Made by a program: the position numbers and the translations under genes
Shown: piece after piece, positions 10,632 to 22,646 of the stretch
Layout of the letters: each line of letters begins with the position of its first letter
How positions within the stretch are numbered: the stretch's first letter is position 1
DNA from: Vicinamibacterales bacterium
GTDB lineage: Bacteria; Acidobacteriota; Vicinamibacteria; Vicinamibacterales; SCN-69-37
Length of the DNA stretch: 64,000 nt
Assembly: GCA_039925145.1 (NCBI GenBank)
Contig: JBDSZL010000038.1
Location: forward strand, 53,181 to 117,180
Reading direction: 5' to 3'
The notes under the pieces: generated by a model
What the model was told of the DNA's origin: nothing
The model's database searches: none
Seen by the model: the letters and a program-made list of their open reading frames with translations, nothing else

Positions 10632-10667
10632 ACGCCGTTTCCGACTGGCCTGGGCAACCCGTCTGTT

Positions 10668-13600
10668 TCAGCTGGCGGCGACAACCTGGGGCATCGCATC
10701 GGCCGGCACGCTGCTGTTGGTGACGACACCGTCCTGCAGGCTGATGCACCGGGCCGAGTTGCCCGGCACCCGCTCGCCGGGCAGCAGGATGCCGACGAGG
10801 TTGAGCGGATCGGATGCCGAGATGGTCACGATTTCGCCTGTCGCAGGCCGGTGACGCAGCGCGCGCAGCGACTCCACCGCCACCGGCAGCGCGAACTGCT
10901 CGCCGATGAACCCCGAGACGAAGCGGCCCCCTCGCACTTCTCCCCGATCTTCCAGCCGGCGGAACGTGATGAGCAGATCGCGCCATGGCGGCAGGTTGGA
11001 CTCGCGCCCGAGCAGTTCCCGGAACACGACGCCGTACCGCCGCAGCAGCATCCAACACGCGGCCTCGACGGCACGGGCGCGATCTGGCGCTCCATCATGC
11101 GGCAGCCGCGCCCAGCGGCCGGCACTGTCGCGTGGCCGCTGCGTGCGGCCATGGCCCTGACCCGCCCGACGACGGGGATCGATGAGCGCGCGCAGGTTGT
11201 CGAACCCATCCGCCGTGACGAGTCCGGCCGCGACCAGTTCCCAGAGCGCGGCCTCGATCTCCGACTTGAGGTGTCGGGCCCCACGGACGATGTCGGGAAA
11301 GAACGACGCGCCGCGCTGTTCGAGAAACGTCAGCACGTCGCGAGCGATGGGCCCAAGCGAGAGTGACTGGGAGTCGGCACGTGCATCGCCGCGCAGGCCA
11401 ATCCAGTCTGCGTCGTCGCGCACGAAGAACGTGACCGGTGCGGCACTCGTCGGAATGACACGCCGCGGGCCCGGTGCGGCGCCCTCGCGCGTCGCTGGAT
11501 GCGGCGAAAGGCGTCCCCAGCCGATGGCGCCCGAGAGGCAGAGCCGGTCGAGATCCGCCGGATCGTAGCCCGCGATGCGGCGCATGAGGACCTGGGGTTC
11601 CCATGCGCTCGCAGGCGCCTCGAAGCCCTGCAACTGGCGGAGGATCTCGAACGTGCCCGTGTCGCCTGGCAGTTGCGTGCCTGGCGTCACGTGCTGCCAG
11701 TCCAGTAGCCACCGCATGAACTGGGCAGCGGTGACTGGCGCAATCTCGCGCCGCAGGGCCCCGAGCGTGAGGCGATGAATGCGCGCGAGCAGGCGTCGCT
11801 CGCACCACTGCGTCGTGGATTCCTGAACGGAGACGAATCGGCCCCGTAGCGCCCAGCCGGAGGCCTCGAGCCTCAGCACGGCCTCGTCGACCTGTGATGC
11901 GGTCAGGCCGACCCACTGCGCGATGCCGGCGCTCGTTGCCGGGCCGAGATGGCTGAGCCAGCCTTGAACGAAGCTGATGGTGGCATCGAGAGTTGCACTG
12001 ACAGCCGCGGTGCCCGGCCGCGGCGCCCGCTCGACAAGTGGAGGCAACTCGCTGTCGAACGTCGCTTCGGGGAACACGGCGAGAAATGCGTTCACGCGCT
12101 CGGTGGCGACCCAGTACACTCGTCCGCTGACGCGCGCGCGTCCGGCCCGCCGCTCCAAGGCCAGGGCCTCGAAGAAACCCGTCCAGCGGGGCAGCGACTC
12201 ACGGAGTCGAGCGGCAAGCGTGCCGTGCATTGCGGGCGGGGTGTCGAGGCCCGATGGCACCTGTTCCGGCACCGCTCCCAGCGTGAGCAATGCGTCGTGC
12301 AGTTCGTCGGGATGGCGCACGTCGGGCCATGCCTGATCGCGCACTTCCTCGATCGCGGCTTGATCGAGACCTCCGACTTCCTCGAGCACTGACTGCGGCA
12401 GCACGCGGCGCATCTCAACCGCGCGCGCCCGCCGCTCCTCCAGTGGGGCATCATCGAGGTAGGCATAGGGATTGGCGTTCAGGATCTCGTGCGAAAAGAC
12501 AGATGGCACGGGTGTGTCGACCGCCACCGTGCGGATCGCGCCTGTGCCGATCCCCTCGAGAATCGCGACGAGTCCCTCGAGGTCCATCGCCTCAGTCAGT
12601 ACGTCCTTCATGACCTCGCGAACGAGCGGGTGGTCGGGAATCTGGATGTCGCCTTCGATGTTCTCCTGGCACGCGGCGACATCGGGAAAGACAGCAGCGA
12701 GCAAGTCGTCTGACTGCAGACGGAGCAGATGAATCGGCATCTTGCGCCCGCCGCGGAAGCGCAGCAAGGCCAGCGCCCGACCGGCATCCCAGCGCCACCG
12801 CGTGCCGAAGATCGGCGATGCGAGCGCGGCCTGCTCGAGCACCTCGCGAACAGTCGCCGGCCGCAGGAACGCGAAGACGTCCGCCAGGGGAAAGCTGTGT
12901 TGCTCGGCCAGCGAGATGTTGATCCCATCGTCAGTGGCGGCCGCCTGCAGTTCGAAGTTGAACGATCGGCAGAAACGCTTGCGGAGGGCGAGTCCCCAGG
13001 CTTTGTTGATGCGCGCCCCGAACGGTGCGTGAATGACGAGCTGCATCCCGCCACCTTCGTCGAAGAACCGTTCCGCGATCACCGTGGTTGTCGTCGGGAC
13101 GGCGCCGAGGACGGTGCGGCCCATGACGATGTGTTCGACCAGTTGCTCGGCGCCCGATCGGTCGACGCCGCACTCACTCATGAGCCACGTCACCGCTGGT
13201 TCGGTCGTGGGCAGCTGCAACGCGGCGGCTCCAGGCACCGCGTGTGCGGCAAGCGTGCTGACAGTGTCGCGCACGCGCCCCACGTGCCCGGACAGCTCGT
13301 TCGTGCGCCCAGGCGCTTCCCCGCGCCAGAAGGGAATAGTCGGCGCGGCGCCGTGGGCATCTTCGACGATGACGCGTCCGGCGGCGCTGACGCGCCGGAT
13401 TCGCCACGAGGTGTTGCCGAGAAGCATCACGTCGCCGGCCAGGCTCTCGACGGCGAAGTCCTCGTCGACGGTGCCGACAACGGTCCCCTCGGGTTCGGCG
13501 ACAACCGTATACAGCCCTGTTTCCGGAATCGCGCCGCCACTGGTGATGGCGGCGAGCCTCGCGCCCCGTCGTCCGCGCAGGCGGCCGTTGACGCGATCGC

Positions 13601-15047
13601 GGTGCAGGTAGGCGCCGTACCGTCCGCGCTTGGACGAGATCCCTTCGGACAGCATCTCGACGACCTCCTCGAACGTCTCGCGAGGCAGTGAGCGATAGGG
13701 ATACGCACGCCGCACCATCTCGAACAGCGCGTCCTCGTGCCAGTCTTCGGCCGCGCAGATGGCGACGATCTGCTGAGCCAGGATGTCGAGCGGAGCGTCG
13801 GGGACGATCAGCCGATCGAGGTCACCGTGACGAATCGCGGAGACCAGCGCCGCGCACTCCACCAGTTCGTCGCGCGTGGTCGCGAAGATGCGGCCCTTGG
13901 GAATGGCTCCCCGCCAGTGGCCGGCGCGGCCGATGCGTTGCAGTGCCGTCCCAATCGCTCGTGGCGATCCGATCTGGCAGACGAGGTCAACGGTGCCGAT
14001 GTCGATGCCGAGCTCGAGGGATGCCGTCGCAACGAGCACTCGCAACTCGCCGTGCTTGAGCCGGCGCTCGGCCTCGAGGCGGGTCTTGCGCGAGAGGCTG
14101 CCATGATGGGCCGCCACCGCGTCGGTGCCGAGCCGCTCGGCCAGGTTATGCGCGACGCGTTCCGCGAGACGGCGCGTGTTGACGAACACGAGCGTGGACC
14201 GATGGGTTGCGGTGAACGCCGCGATGCGGTCGTAGATCTCGCTCCAGAGCTCTTTCGAGGCGACCGCCTCCAACTCGCTCCCGGGCACCTCGATGGCTAC
14301 GTCGAGCTCACGCCGTTGCGGCACCTGGACAACGAGAGGCGTGCTGCGTGTGGTGCCGGCCAGGAACTGTGCGACCACCTCGATCGGTTTCTGCGTGGCG
14401 GACAAACCAATCCGCGTCAGCGATCGTCCGGCGAGCGTCTCCAGCCGCTCCAGAGACAGTGTCAGGTGCGATCCGCGCTTGTCGTCGGCCATTGCGTGAA
14501 TCTCGTCGACGATGACGGTATGCACGTCGGCCAGAATGGCCCGGCTCTTCCCGGCTGTCAGCAGGATGTAGAGCGACTCGGGCGTGGTGACAAGAATGTG
14601 TGGCGGCCGCCGGAGCATGGCACGCCTCGCGGGTGCCAGCGTGTCGCCCGTGCGTACAGCTGTCCGGATCTCCGACAGTTCATAGCCGCGTTGGCGAGCC
14701 AGGGTCACGATCTCACCTAGCGGCCCTTCGAGGTTCTTCTGGATGTCGTTGCCGAGCGCCTTCAGCGGGGAGACATAGACCACCTCGGTGCGGTCGGTGA
14801 GCGTCCCGGCAATCGCGCTGCGTACGAGCCTGTCGATGCACGCCAGGAACGCTGTAAGGGTCTTGCCCGACCCGGTAGGCGCGGAGATCAGCGTGCTTCG
14901 CTCCGCGTGGATCGCGGGCCAACCCAGGATCTGGGGCTCGGTGGGGGTGCTGAACCGGCGGACGAACCACTCCTGCACCACAGGGTGGGCCCACGCCAGG
15001 GCCGGTGGTACCGCTCCGCCGTCGGTGTCCATCGAATCAGCTGACAC
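10668..15047 (-). CDS. lhr: Lhr-type large ATP-dependent DEAD/DEAH-box helicase (1459 aa)
   Basis: Walker A ([13 protein letters not shown]), DEIH box (VDEIHAM), helicase C region (HHGSLS..R..E) and the very long C-terminal extension typical of Lhr. Confidence 0.88.
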   Translation of the reverse strand: MSADSMDTDGGAVPPALAWAHPVVQEWFVRRFSTPTEPQILGWPAIHAERSTLISAPTGSGKTLTAFLACIDRLVRSAIAGTLTDRTEVVYVSPLKALGNDIQKNLEGPLGEIVTLARQRGYELSEIRTAVRTGDTLAPARRAMLRRPPHILVTTPESLYILLTAGKSRAILADVHTVIVDEIHAMADDKRGSHLTLSLERLETLAGRSLTRIGLSATQKPIEVVAQFLAGTTRSTPLVVQVPQRRELDVAIEVPGSELEAVASKELWSEIYDRIAAFTATHRSTLVFVNTRRLAERVAHNLAERLGTDAVAAHHGSLSRKTRLEAERRLKHGELRVLVATASLELGIDIGTVDLVCQIGSPRAIGTALQRIGRAGHWRGAIPKGRIFATTRDELVECAALVSAIRHGDLDRLIVPDAPLDILAQQIVAICAAEDWHEDALFEMVRRAYPYRSLPRETFEEVVEMLSEGISSKRGRYGAYLHRDRVNGRLRGRRGARLAAITSGGAIPETGLYTVVAEPEGTVVGTVDEDFAVESLAGDVMLLGNTSWRIRRVSAAGRVIVEDAHGAAPTIPFWRGEAPGRTNELSGHVGRVRDTVSTLAAHAVPGAAALQLPTTEPAVTWLMSECGVDRSGAEQLVEHIVMGRTVLGAVPTTTTVIAERFFDEGGGMQLVIHAPFGARINKAWGLALRKRFCRSFNFELQAAATDDGINISLAEQHSFPLADVFAFLRPATVREVLEQAALASPIFGTRWRWDAGRALALLRFRGGRKMPIHLLRLQSDDLLAAVFPDVAACQENIEGDIQIPDHPLVREVMKDVLTEAMDLEGLVAILEGIGTGAIRTVAVDTPVPSVFSHEILNANPYAYLDDAPLEERRARAVEMRRVLPQSVLEEVGGLDQAAIEEVRDQAWPDVRHPDELHDALLTLGAVPEQVPSGLDTPPAMHGTLAARLRESLPRWTGFFEALALERRAGRARVSGRVYWVATERVNAFLAVFPEATFDSELPPLVERAPRPGTAAVSATLDATISFVQGWLSHLGPATSAGIAQWVGLTASQVDEAVLRLEASGWALRGRFVSVQESTTQWCERRLLARIHRLTLGALRREIAPVTAAQFMRWLLDWQHVTPGTQLPGDTGTFEILRQLQGFEAPASAWEPQVLMRRIAGYDPADLDRLCLSGAIGWGRLSPHPATREGAAPGPRRVIPTSAAPVTFFVRDDADWIGLRGDARADSQSLSLGPIARDVLTFLEQRGASFFPDIVRGARHLKSEIEAALWELVAAGLVTADGFDNLRALIDPRRRAGQGHGRTQRPRDSAGRWARLPHDGAPDRARAVEAACWMLLRRYGVVFRELLGRESNLPPWRDLLITFRRLEDRGEVRGGRFVSGFIGEQFALPVAVESLRALRHRPATGEIVTISASDPLNLVGILLPGERVPGNSARCISLQDGVVTNSSVPADAMPQVVAAS

Positions 15048-15053
15048 ATTTCA

Positions 15054-15062
15054 GTTCTAACA
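15054..15062 (-). promoter_or_regulatory. Candidate extended -10 box TGTTAGAAC, 6 nt upstream of the lhr GTG (leaderless geometry)
   Basis: The minus strand reads TGTTAGAAC-tgaaat-GTG. Confidence 0.4.
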
Positions 15063-15130
15063 CGAAGCCGGTGTGAAGGCTGCGCCCGCGGGCCTGTGCG
15101 CACTGCGGCAGGCAATGCGCGTCTGGCCTG

Positions 15131-15136
15131 TATCAT
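15131..15136 (+). promoter_or_regulatory. Candidate -10 box TATCAT, 7 nt upstream of the ETF-QO ATG (leaderless geometry)
   Basis: TATCAT-ctggggg-ATG at the other end of the 96-bp divergent spacer shared with lhr. Confidence 0.35.
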
Positions 15137-15143
15137 CTGGGGG

Positions 15144-16805
15144 ATGCCCGAACGCGAGACGCTCGACGTAGACGTCCTGGTGGTGGGAGGCGGCCCAGCC
15201 GGGCTCTCTGCGGCGCTTCGTCTGTCGCAGCGGTGTCTCCTGGCGGGTGGCTCGCCGCTGTCGATTGCAGTGGTCGAGAAATCACGCGATGCAGGCGCTC
15301 ACATGCTGTCTGGGGCGGTGCTCGATCCATCCACGCTCGCGGAGCTCATCCCCGACTTCGTGGCCAAGGGAGCGCCGCTTGCCGCCCCGGTCGAGCACGA
15401 CGATGTCTATGTACTGACGGCGAAACGCGCGTGGCGTCTCCCCATCGTTCCACCTCCGCTGAGGAACCATGGCCACTACATCGTCTCGCTCAACCACCTT
15501 GTGAAGTGGTTGGCGCAGCAGGTGGAAGACGCTGGTGTGAATCTCTTCACCGGTTTCGCCGCCAGTGAGGTGCTGTTCGACGGCCCGCGTGTGATCGGTG
15601 TGCGCACCGGTAACCGGGGGCTGGACAAGCAGGGGCAGCCGAAGCCGAATTTCGAGCCGGGAGTGGACATCCGGGCCCGCGTCACGATTTTTTGCGACGG
15701 AGTGCGTGGAAACCTCACCAAAGAGCTGGTCCGAACACTCGGGCTGGATCGCGACCGCGCACCACAACGCTACGCGTTGGGCATCAAGGAATTGTGGGAG
15801 CTTCCGCGCGATCGGCTGGCGACGGGGCGTGTGGTGCACACCTTGGGGTATCCCCTGCGCATGACGGAATTCGGGGGCGCGTTCCTCTATGGGCTGCCGG
15901 ACGGGCTGGTATCAATCGGTCTCGTCGCGGGGCTCGACTATCAGGATCCGATGTTCGATCCTCACGCCGCCTTCCAGCGATTCAAACAGCACCCTTTCAT
16001 CGCCGCGCTCCTGTCAGACGGACGCATGGTCCGCTATGGCGCGAAGGCTATACCCGAAGGCGGGTGGCACGCGATTCCGCGGCTGGTCATGGACGGCGGC
16101 TTGATTGCGGGCGATGCCGGCGGCATGGTCAACTCCCTTCGGCTCAAGGGCATTCACCTTGCGATGCGATCCGGGATGCTGGCGGGCGACGCCGCATTCG
16201 ACGCCATTGCGGCAGACGACACGTCGGCGGCCGGTCTCTCCGGGTACGACCGCGCGATTCAGGCGAGCGTCATCCGGCGCGAGCTGTACCCGGTCCGCAA
16301 TGTTCATCAGGCATTCGACCACGGCATCCTTGCCGGTGCCGCCGTCGCCGGATGGACCATGTTGACGGGAGGACGCTGGTTGGGCGATCCATCGCCCTCG
16401 CGGTCTGGCCACGAGCGCATGCAGACAATCGGATCGTACTATCCGGATGGAATCCCGTCGACCGGGCCGCGCCCCGTCAAGACCGATCGGCAGCTCACGT
16501 TCGATCGCCTCACCAGCGTGCACTATTCCGGAACCCGCCATCGCGAAGACGAGCCGTCGCATCTGATCGTGCACGACACGGACATCTGCCGAACCCGCTG
16601 CGTGGTCGAGTATGGGAACCCGTGCACCCGCTTCTGTCCGGCGAGCGTGTACGAGATGGTCGACGATGGTGCGGGCGGGAAGCGGCTGCAGATCAACGCG
16701 TCGAATTGTGTGCACTGCAAGGCGTGCGACATCATGGACCCGTATCAGATCGTCGACTGGACCCCTCCTGAAGGCGGCGAAGGTCCACAGTACGAGGGCA
16801 TGTGA
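15144..16805 (+). CDS. Electron transfer flavoprotein-ubiquinone oxidoreductase (ETF-QO)
   Basis: N-terminal FAD motif (VLVVGGGPAGLSAA) and C-terminal 4Fe-4S region (CTRFCPASVYEM..NCVHCKACDIMDP). Confidence 0.9.
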   Translation: MPERETLDVDVLVVGGGPAGLSAALRLSQRCLLAGGSPLSIAVVEKSRDAGAHMLSGAVLDPSTLAELIPDFVAKGAPLAAPVEHDDVYVLTAKRAWRLPIVPPPLRNHGHYIVSLNHLVKWLAQQVEDAGVNLFTGFAASEVLFDGPRVIGVRTGNRGLDKQGQPKPNFEPGVDIRARVTIFCDGVRGNLTKELVRTLGLDRDRAPQRYALGIKELWELPRDRLATGRVVHTLGYPLRMTEFGGAFLYGLPDGLVSIGLVAGLDYQDPMFDPHAAFQRFKQHPFIAALLSDGRMVRYGAKAIPEGGWHAIPRLVMDGGLIAGDAGGMVNSLRLKGIHLAMRSGMLAGDAAFDAIAADDTSAAGLSGYDRAIQASVIRRELYPVRNVHQAFDHGILAGAAVAGWTMLTGGRWLGDPSPSRSGHERMQTIGSYYPDGIPSTGPRPVKTDRQLTFDRLTSVHYSGTRHREDEPSHLIVHDTDICRTRCVVEYGNPCTRFCPASVYEMVDDGAGGKRLQINASNCVHCKACDIMDPYQIVDWTPPEGGEGPQYEGM

Positions 16806-17485
16806 CACTCTCCCGCGGAAAGCGCATCGAGGCTGCTGCGATTGGTGCCGTCGGCATGCCGGTCATCGAGGCGCTGGGCGGCACCTGTACCTGGATCGAA
16901 CGCGGCACCGACCACCTCGAGCGCATCCGCGCCGAAGGTCGACAACCGATTTATGCGCTCTGGCACGGCCGGATCATGGCGGGCACCCTGTACCTGCGCG
17001 ACCGGCAGATCGTGGTTATCACGAGCGAAAATTTCGACGGTGAATGGGTGGCGCGCATCATCCGGCGTTTCGGCTATCACACAGCACGGGGCTCCACGTC
17101 GCGAGGCGGCGCGCGAGCGCTCGTGCAGTTGCGGCGCGACATGCGCGCGGGCTATCCCGTGGCGTTTACCGTGGACGGTCCTCGCGGGCCGGCACGGGTG
17201 GCCCAACCCGGGGCCGCGTGGCTCGCCAGCGCCACGGGCAACCCCATCCTGCCGTTTCACATAGAAGCCTCCGCGTACTGGACGATGAACAGCTGGGACC
17301 GGCATCAGGTGCCGAAACCGGGAAGCGTTCTCGCCGCAGTGCTGGGCACACCCATCGAAGTGGCGCCTGGGGTCGACGACGAGGGGATTCGCACGACGTG
17401 CCTTGCGCTCGAGGCGGCGTTGAGCGACGCGGAACGCGTCGCCGTTGATCTGGTGAGTGAGTGTCGAATAGAGAGGAAGCGGTAG
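16802..17485 (+). CDS. DUF374-domain protein (lysophospholipid-acyltransferase-like)
   Basis: YALWHGR...ITSENFDGEWVARIIRRFGYHTARGSTSRGGARAL..FTVDGPRGP pattern. GTG start overlaps the ETF-QO stop (GTGA). Confidence 0.75.
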   Translation: MTLSRGKRIEAAAIGAVGMPVIEALGGTCTWIERGTDHLERIRAEGRQPIYALWHGRIMAGTLYLRDRQIVVITSENFDGEWVARIIRRFGYHTARGSTSRGGARALVQLRRDMRAGYPVAFTVDGPRGPARVAQPGAAWLASATGNPILPFHIEASAYWTMNSWDRHQVPKPGSVLAAVLGTPIEVAPGVDDEGIRTTCLALEAALSDAERVAVDLVSECRIERKR

Positions 17486-17492
17486 GCGACGG

Positions 17493-18407
17493 ATGGTTCT
17501 TTTCTGGTCCGATCGTTTCGCGGAGCACACACCGCCCCCCGGCCACCCCGAGCGTCCGGAACGTGCCGAGGTGTTCCAGTCCCTCGCGCGCGCCTACAGG
17601 GATGCGGGCGGTGCCGTGGTCGAGCCCTCCCCGGCCATCCTCCCCGATCTCTCGCGCGTTCACACCGAGGGGCACGTGCTGCGGATGACGGCTACGGCTG
17701 GGCGCGCCACGATGATTGACGCGGACACGTTTACGAGCCCGGAGTCTCACGAGATTGCGCTGCTTGCCGCCGGGGCAGCTGTGGGAGCCGCTCGGCATAC
17801 CTGGGATCAGCGCGAGAGCGCCATCGCGCTCGTGCGTCCACCGGGGCATCACGCCGAGCCCGACCGGGCCATGGGCTTCTGTATCTACAACAACGTGGCG
17901 ATTGCCGCGGCCGCGCTGCGCGCCAGCGGTGCGGCGCGGGTGGCCATCGTCGACATCGATGTGCATCACGGCAACGGCACGCAGGCCGCGTTCTACGCCG
18001 ATCCGACGGTCCTCTATGTGTCGACGCATCAGTGGCCTTACTACCCGGGCACCGGCGCGGCGGAGGAAACAGGGGCGGGGGAGGGGGTGGGCTGTACGCT
18101 CAACCTGCCGTTTGCGGCAGGGGCCACCGACGACATGCTCGTGGAGGCGTATCGCACGCGCATCGCCAGTGCATTGGACGCGTTTGGACCTGAGATGCTC
18201 CTTATTTCCGCAGGGTTCGACGGCCATCAGCTCGACCCGCTCGGGGGCTGGCGTCTGAGCACCGCCGGCTACACCGAAATCTTGCGCCTGCTGGTAGAAG
18301 CGGCGGACCGGTTGTGCGGGGGGCGCATCGCGGCAGTCACCGAGGGCGGCTACCACCTGGGCGCGCTCCGCGAATGTCTGGATGCCGCGACGGCCGTGCT
18401 AAGTTAA
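17493..18407 (+). CDS. Histone deacetylase-family (Zn-dependent) deacetylase / acetoin-utilization-like protein
   Basis: RPPGHHAEPDRAMGFCIYNNVAIAA, DIDVHHGNGTQ and the GGY motif near the C-terminus. Confidence 0.85.
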   Translation: MVLFWSDRFAEHTPPPGHPERPERAEVFQSLARAYRDAGGAVVEPSPAILPDLSRVHTEGHVLRMTATAGRATMIDADTFTSPESHEIALLAAGAAVGAARHTWDQRESAIALVRPPGHHAEPDRAMGFCIYNNVAIAAAALRASGAARVAIVDIDVHHGNGTQAAFYADPTVLYVSTHQWPYYPGTGAAEETGAGEGVGCTLNLPFAAGATDDMLVEAYRTRIASALDAFGPEMLLISAGFDGHQLDPLGGWRLSTAGYTEILRLLVEAADRLCGGRIAAVTEGGYHLGALRECLDAATAVLS

Positions 18408-18463
18408 AGGCGGATTGCGACTTACGACTTACGGCTGAGCGTTGACAGCGACGGTTTCGCATA

Positions 18464-21016
18464 GTGACTGAGTATCACCCGCAGGACATCGAGCAGAAGT
18501 GGCAGCGTCGTTGGCAGGAGACGCGCGCATTCGAGGTCACGGAAGACCCGACGCGTCCGAAGTTCTACTGCCTGGAGATGTTTGCCTATCCCTCCGGTCA
18601 CGCGCACGTGGGCCATGTGCGCAACTACATGATCGGCGACATCATCGCCCGAACACGAAGGATGCGCGGCTACAACGTGTTGCATCCCTTCGGGTGGGAC
18701 GCCTTCGGTCTGCCGGCGGAGAATGCCGCGATCAAGAACAAGGTCCATCCCGAGCAATGGACGCTCGAGAACATCGCACACATGAAGGGGCAGCTGCAGC
18801 GGCTGGGCATCAGCTACGCGTGGGAACGCGAGATTGCCACCTGCCTGCCAAATTACTACCGCTGGAATCAGTGGCTCTTCACGCGCATGTTCCAGCGCAG
18901 GCTCGCCTACCGGCGTCGTTCCAACGTGAACTGGTGCGAAAGCTGCCAGACCGTGCTCGCCAACGAACAGGTGGTCGACGGCGGCTGCTGGCGATGCGGC
19001 ACGCCGGTGACGATTCGCGATCTCGAGCAGTGGTTCTTCAGGATCACGGCGTATGCGGACGAGCTCCTCGACGCGCTCGGCTCGCTGACCGCATGGCCCG
19101 AGAAAGTGGTCATGATGCAGCGCAATTGGATCGGCAGGTCCGAGGGCGCGCGCGTCAGATTCCCTGTCGTGGCTGCGGCTGGGCCCGGCGAGTCCGCCGA
19201 CACGGTGGAGGTGTTCACAACCCGCATCGATACGATTTTCGGCGCCAGCTTCGTCCTGTTGGCACCAGAGCATCCCATCGTTGATCGCTTCGCGGCAGCA
19301 TCAGATGCTCCGGACGCGTTTCGCGCGCGCGTCGCCCGGTTCCGCGCCCAGGATCGTACCGCGCGGTTGACGGGTGAAATCGAAAAAGAGGGGTTCGACA
19401 CCGGGCGTCAGGTCATCAACCCGTTCACCGGACAGCCTGTGCCGGTCTGGGTCGCGAACTTCGTGCTCGGTGATTACGGCACCGGCGCGGTGATGGCGGT
19501 ACCCGCGCACGACCAGCGCGATTTCGAATTTGCCCGTAAGTATGGACTGCCCGTCACGGTCGTCATTCAGCCGCTCGACCGGATGCTCGCCGCCGAGGCG
19601 CTCGAGGTGGCGTTCGAGGACGAAGGCGTGCTCGTGAGCTCGGCGACGTTCAGCGGACTGCCGGCGCACGAAGCCCGTGCACGCATGACGGCCGACGCAG
19701 CAGCGAGGGGCATCGGTGAGGGCACGGTTCAGTACCGGCTGAAGGACTGGGGGGTTTCCAGACAGCGCTACTGGGGCACGCCCATTCCAATCATCCAGTG
19801 CGAGTCGTGCGGACTGGTGGCCGTGCCAGACGAAGACCTGCCCGTGGAACTGCCCAATATCACCGAGTTCAGCGGCCGGGGTGATTCGCCGCTCGCGTAC
19901 GTCCCGGAGTTCGTCAACGTCCCCTGTCCGACGTGCGGCCGTCCCGCGCGCCGCGAGACGGACACGATGGACACGTTCGTGGATTCCTCGTGGTACTACT
20001 ACCGGTTCTGCGACCCCACCAACGATCAGCTGCCGTTCGATCCCGCCAAAGTCAGCTACTGGGGCCCTGTCGACTTCTATAGCGGCGGCGTCGAGCACGC
20101 GATCCTGCATCTGATCTACTCGCGCTTTTTCAGCCGGGTCTTCCGTGACCTTGGGCTGGTCTCGATCGACGAGCCGTTCAGTCGGCTGCTCACGCAGGGC
20201 ATGGTGCTCCGGCATGGCGCCGTCATGTCCAAGTCCAAGGGCAACGTCGTCGATCCCGACGAGATGATCGCGAAGTACGGCGCTGATGCGCTGCGGCTGT
20301 ACGTCATGTTCGTCGCCCCTCCTGAGAAGGAAGTCGAGTGGAGCGACTCTGGTCTCGAGGGCGCCTTCCGCTTCCTCAGCCGTGTCTGGCGCATCGTCGA
20401 TCACCTGATTCCCGCGATTGCCGACGCACCGCAGCCGACGGGCATGACGCTCGAGCCCGACGAACGCGCCCTCCGCCGCAAGACGCACGACACGATCGAT
20501 CGCGTGACGCGGGATATCGATCCGCGCATGCATCTGAATACCGCGGTATCCACGCTGATGACGATGGTCAACGAGCTGTACGCGTTCTGCGAAGGGCAGG
20601 GTCTGCGTCCTGCTGGACGCGATGACGAGCCAGCCGCGGTGATCAACCGTCGCGAGACGGCCGCCGTGCTGCGCGAGGCTGTCGAAGCGCTTGTTCTGCT
20701 CCTCTCACCCTTCACACCCCACTTGAGCGAGGAGCTCTGGGAGCGCCTTGGCCATCACGATGGCCTGAGCGCCGCCGGCTGGCTGCAGGCGGATCCGATC
20801 GTTGCGCGTGCTGAAGAGATCGAAATTCCGGTGCAGGTCAATGGCAAGCTGCGCGGCCGGATCACCGTGCCTGTCGATGCCGCCGAAGCGGACATCCTGG
20901 CGGCGGCCCAGGCGGCAGTCGTCTCGCATGTGGCAGGGATGGACGTGGTGAAGACCGTCGTCGCAAACAGACGGCTCGTGAATATCGTCGTGAGACCGGC
21001 AAAGGGCACGCTGTGA
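18464..21016 (+). CDS. leuS: Leucyl-tRNA synthetase
   Basis: [14 protein letters not shown] (HIGH-type) and VMSKSKGN (KMSKS-type) motifs. 850 aa. Confidence 0.97.
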   Translation: MTEYHPQDIEQKWQRRWQETRAFEVTEDPTRPKFYCLEMFAYPSGHAHVGHVRNYMIGDIIARTRRMRGYNVLHPFGWDAFGLPAENAAIKNKVHPEQWTLENIAHMKGQLQRLGISYAWEREIATCLPNYYRWNQWLFTRMFQRRLAYRRRSNVNWCESCQTVLANEQVVDGGCWRCGTPVTIRDLEQWFFRITAYADELLDALGSLTAWPEKVVMMQRNWIGRSEGARVRFPVVAAAGPGESADTVEVFTTRIDTIFGASFVLLAPEHPIVDRFAAASDAPDAFRARVARFRAQDRTARLTGEIEKEGFDTGRQVINPFTGQPVPVWVANFVLGDYGTGAVMAVPAHDQRDFEFARKYGLPVTVVIQPLDRMLAAEALEVAFEDEGVLVSSATFSGLPAHEARARMTADAAARGIGEGTVQYRLKDWGVSRQRYWGTPIPIIQCESCGLVAVPDEDLPVELPNITEFSGRGDSPLAYVPEFVNVPCPTCGRPARRETDTMDTFVDSSWYYYRFCDPTNDQLPFDPAKVSYWGPVDFYSGGVEHAILHLIYSRFFSRVFRDLGLVSIDEPFSRLLTQGMVLRHGAVMSKSKGNVVDPDEMIAKYGADALRLYVMFVAPPEKEVEWSDSGLEGAFRFLSRVWRIVDHLIPAIADAPQPTGMTLEPDERALRRKTHDTIDRVTRDIDPRMHLNTAVSTLMTMVNELYAFCEGQGLRPAGRDDEPAAVINRRETAAVLREAVEALVLLLSPFTPHLSEELWERLGHHDGLSAAGWLQADPIVARAEEIEIPVQVNGKLRGRITVPVDAAEADILAAAQAAVVSHVAGMDVVKTVVANRRLVNIVVRPAKGTL

Positions 21017-21549
21017 GGCGTCTCTTGAAGCTCGTCGCCGTGCTCGTCGTCCTTGGCACCGGCGCCGGGTGCGGGTATGCCCTGGCCGGTCGTGGAAACG
21101 CGCTGCCAGCCACGATCAAGACCATTGGTGTGCCCCTGTTCGTGAACCGGTCGACCACGCCGGAGATCGATCGATCTCTCACTTCCGCCGTGCTCCAGGA
21201 GTTTCAGAGCCGCGGACGATATCAGGTGAAGTCGGAGGCTGCCGGCGTCGACGCGGTGCTCACGGGCACCATCGTCAACGTGCTGCTTCCACCGGTGGCG
21301 TTCAGTCGAGAGAACCAGGCCACCCGCATTCTCATCATCGTGACCGCCAGTCTCGAGTTCAAGGAGGTCTCCACCGGCCGGGTGATTTGGGCCAATCCCT
21401 CCTTCCAGGTGCGCGACGAATACGATGTGACGACGGGAACGAGCGCCACCGATCCCACGGCGTTGTTTCGGCAGGACCAGAACGCGCTCGACCGCCTGTC
21501 GCGCAGCTTCGCGCGCTCGGTGGTTGCCTCGATCTTCGAGGCTTTCTAG
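21013..21549 (+). CDS. lptE: LPS-assembly lipoprotein LptE
   Basis: Lipoprotein signal with lipobox (LGTGAGC), size, and the conserved leuS-lptE-holA synteny. GTGA overlap with leuS. Confidence 0.75.
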   Translation: MRRLLKLVAVLVVLGTGAGCGYALAGRGNALPATIKTIGVPLFVNRSTTPEIDRSLTSAVLQEFQSRGRYQVKSEAAGVDAVLTGTIVNVLLPPVAFSRENQATRILIIVTASLEFKEVSTGRVIWANPSFQVRDEYDVTTGTSATDPTALFRQDQNALDRLSRSFARSVVASIFEAF

Positions 21550-22580
21550 TGCCCGCGCTCGATCTGCCCGCCCTCAAGCGGCACATCGCCGATCGCCGAC
21601 TCAGTGCGGTGTATCTGCTCGTCGGTGAGGATCTCAAGCTGGTCGATCGCATGGTCGATGGCCTCGAGAGCGTCATCGATCCGGCGGATCGGCCCTTTGC
21701 CATCGATCGGCTGTATGCCGGCGAGAACGGCGGTACACCGCTGGCCATCGCGTCGTCGGCCCGCATGCTGGCGATGCTCGGTGACCGCCGCCTCGTCATC
21801 GTGATGCGCGCCGAGCGCTTGCTGAAGCCGAAGCGTGCGGCGAAGGCCGAGCAGGAAGACGTGTCGGATGGGGAGTCAGAGCAGGCCGTCGATGCCGGCC
21901 CTCTCGAGGAGTACCTGCAGAATCCCGTTTCCTCGTCGACGCTCGTGTTCGTGGCGTCTGAGATCGACCGCACGCGCCGCCTGACCAAGCGCCTGCTCGA
22001 GAAGGCGCAGGTCGTCGAGTTCGGCGGCCTCGGCAACGCAGGTGGAGGGCGAGACGCGCGACACAGCCCCGCCGCCGACTGGCTGCGCGAAGAGTTGGCC
22101 AGGGAAGGGCGCACCATCGATCCCGATGCTGCGCGCCTGTTGGTCTCCCGCTGCGGCAACGACATTACCAAGCTGCGCGCCGACGTAGAGCGGCTGCTCC
22201 TCTACGCCGAGGGCCGCAAGCGGATTGGGACCGACGATGTGCTCGAGGTCGTCGTGGACGCAAACGCCGTCGAAGACGAGTGGGCGGTTATCAACGCCAT
22301 CGGGGACGGCAACGCGGCGCTCGCGCTGGCCGAAGTCGGTCGCCGGATGGAGCGCGGCGACTCTCCACATGGTCTTGTGGGGCAGTTGCGCTGGTGGGTC
22401 TCTTCGCGCCTGGCGCAGGCGGACCCGTCGCGCGTCCGTCCGGCGCTGGAGGCGCTCCTGCGTACCGATCTCGCGCTCAAGAGCTCCGGCGGCGATGAGC
22501 GGGTGGTGATGGAACGGCTGGTGGTGGAGCTGACAGGAAAACCCGTCGCGGCTTCGCGCGGCTGGACCGGCAAGCGCTGA
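21549..22580 (+). CDS. holA: DNA polymerase III subunit delta
   Basis: VYLLVGEDLKLVD N-terminus, size (343 aa) and position after lptE. GTG 21549 overlaps the lptE stop (TAGTG). The long 5' extension of ORF 21069..22580 was rejected. Confidence 0.8.
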   Translation: MPALDLPALKRHIADRRLSAVYLLVGEDLKLVDRMVDGLESVIDPADRPFAIDRLYAGENGGTPLAIASSARMLAMLGDRRLVIVMRAERLLKPKRAAKAEQEDVSDGESEQAVDAGPLEEYLQNPVSSSTLVFVASEIDRTRRLTKRLLEKAQVVEFGGLGNAGGGRDARHSPAADWLREELAREGRTIDPDAARLLVSRCGNDITKLRADVERLLLYAEGRKRIGTDDVLEVVVDANAVEDEWAVINAIGDGNAALALAEVGRRMERGDSPHGLVGQLRWWVSSRLAQADPSRVRPALEALLRTDLALKSSGGDERVVMERLVVELTGKPVAASRGWTGKR

Positions 22581-22646
22581 TCGCGCACAACGGCCACGCG
22601 TCCCGTACACGCGACGAGCCGCGGCGGCGCGCCGATAAGGCCGATG

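Noticed and set aside
18442-18463. A perfect TTGACA hexamer (18442..18447) and the tandem CGACTTA repeat upstream of leuS, considered as a promoter.
   Set aside because: No acceptable -10 hexamer lies at 16-19 nt spacing before the GTG start at 18464. The 7-mer duplication is too short to be meaningful.
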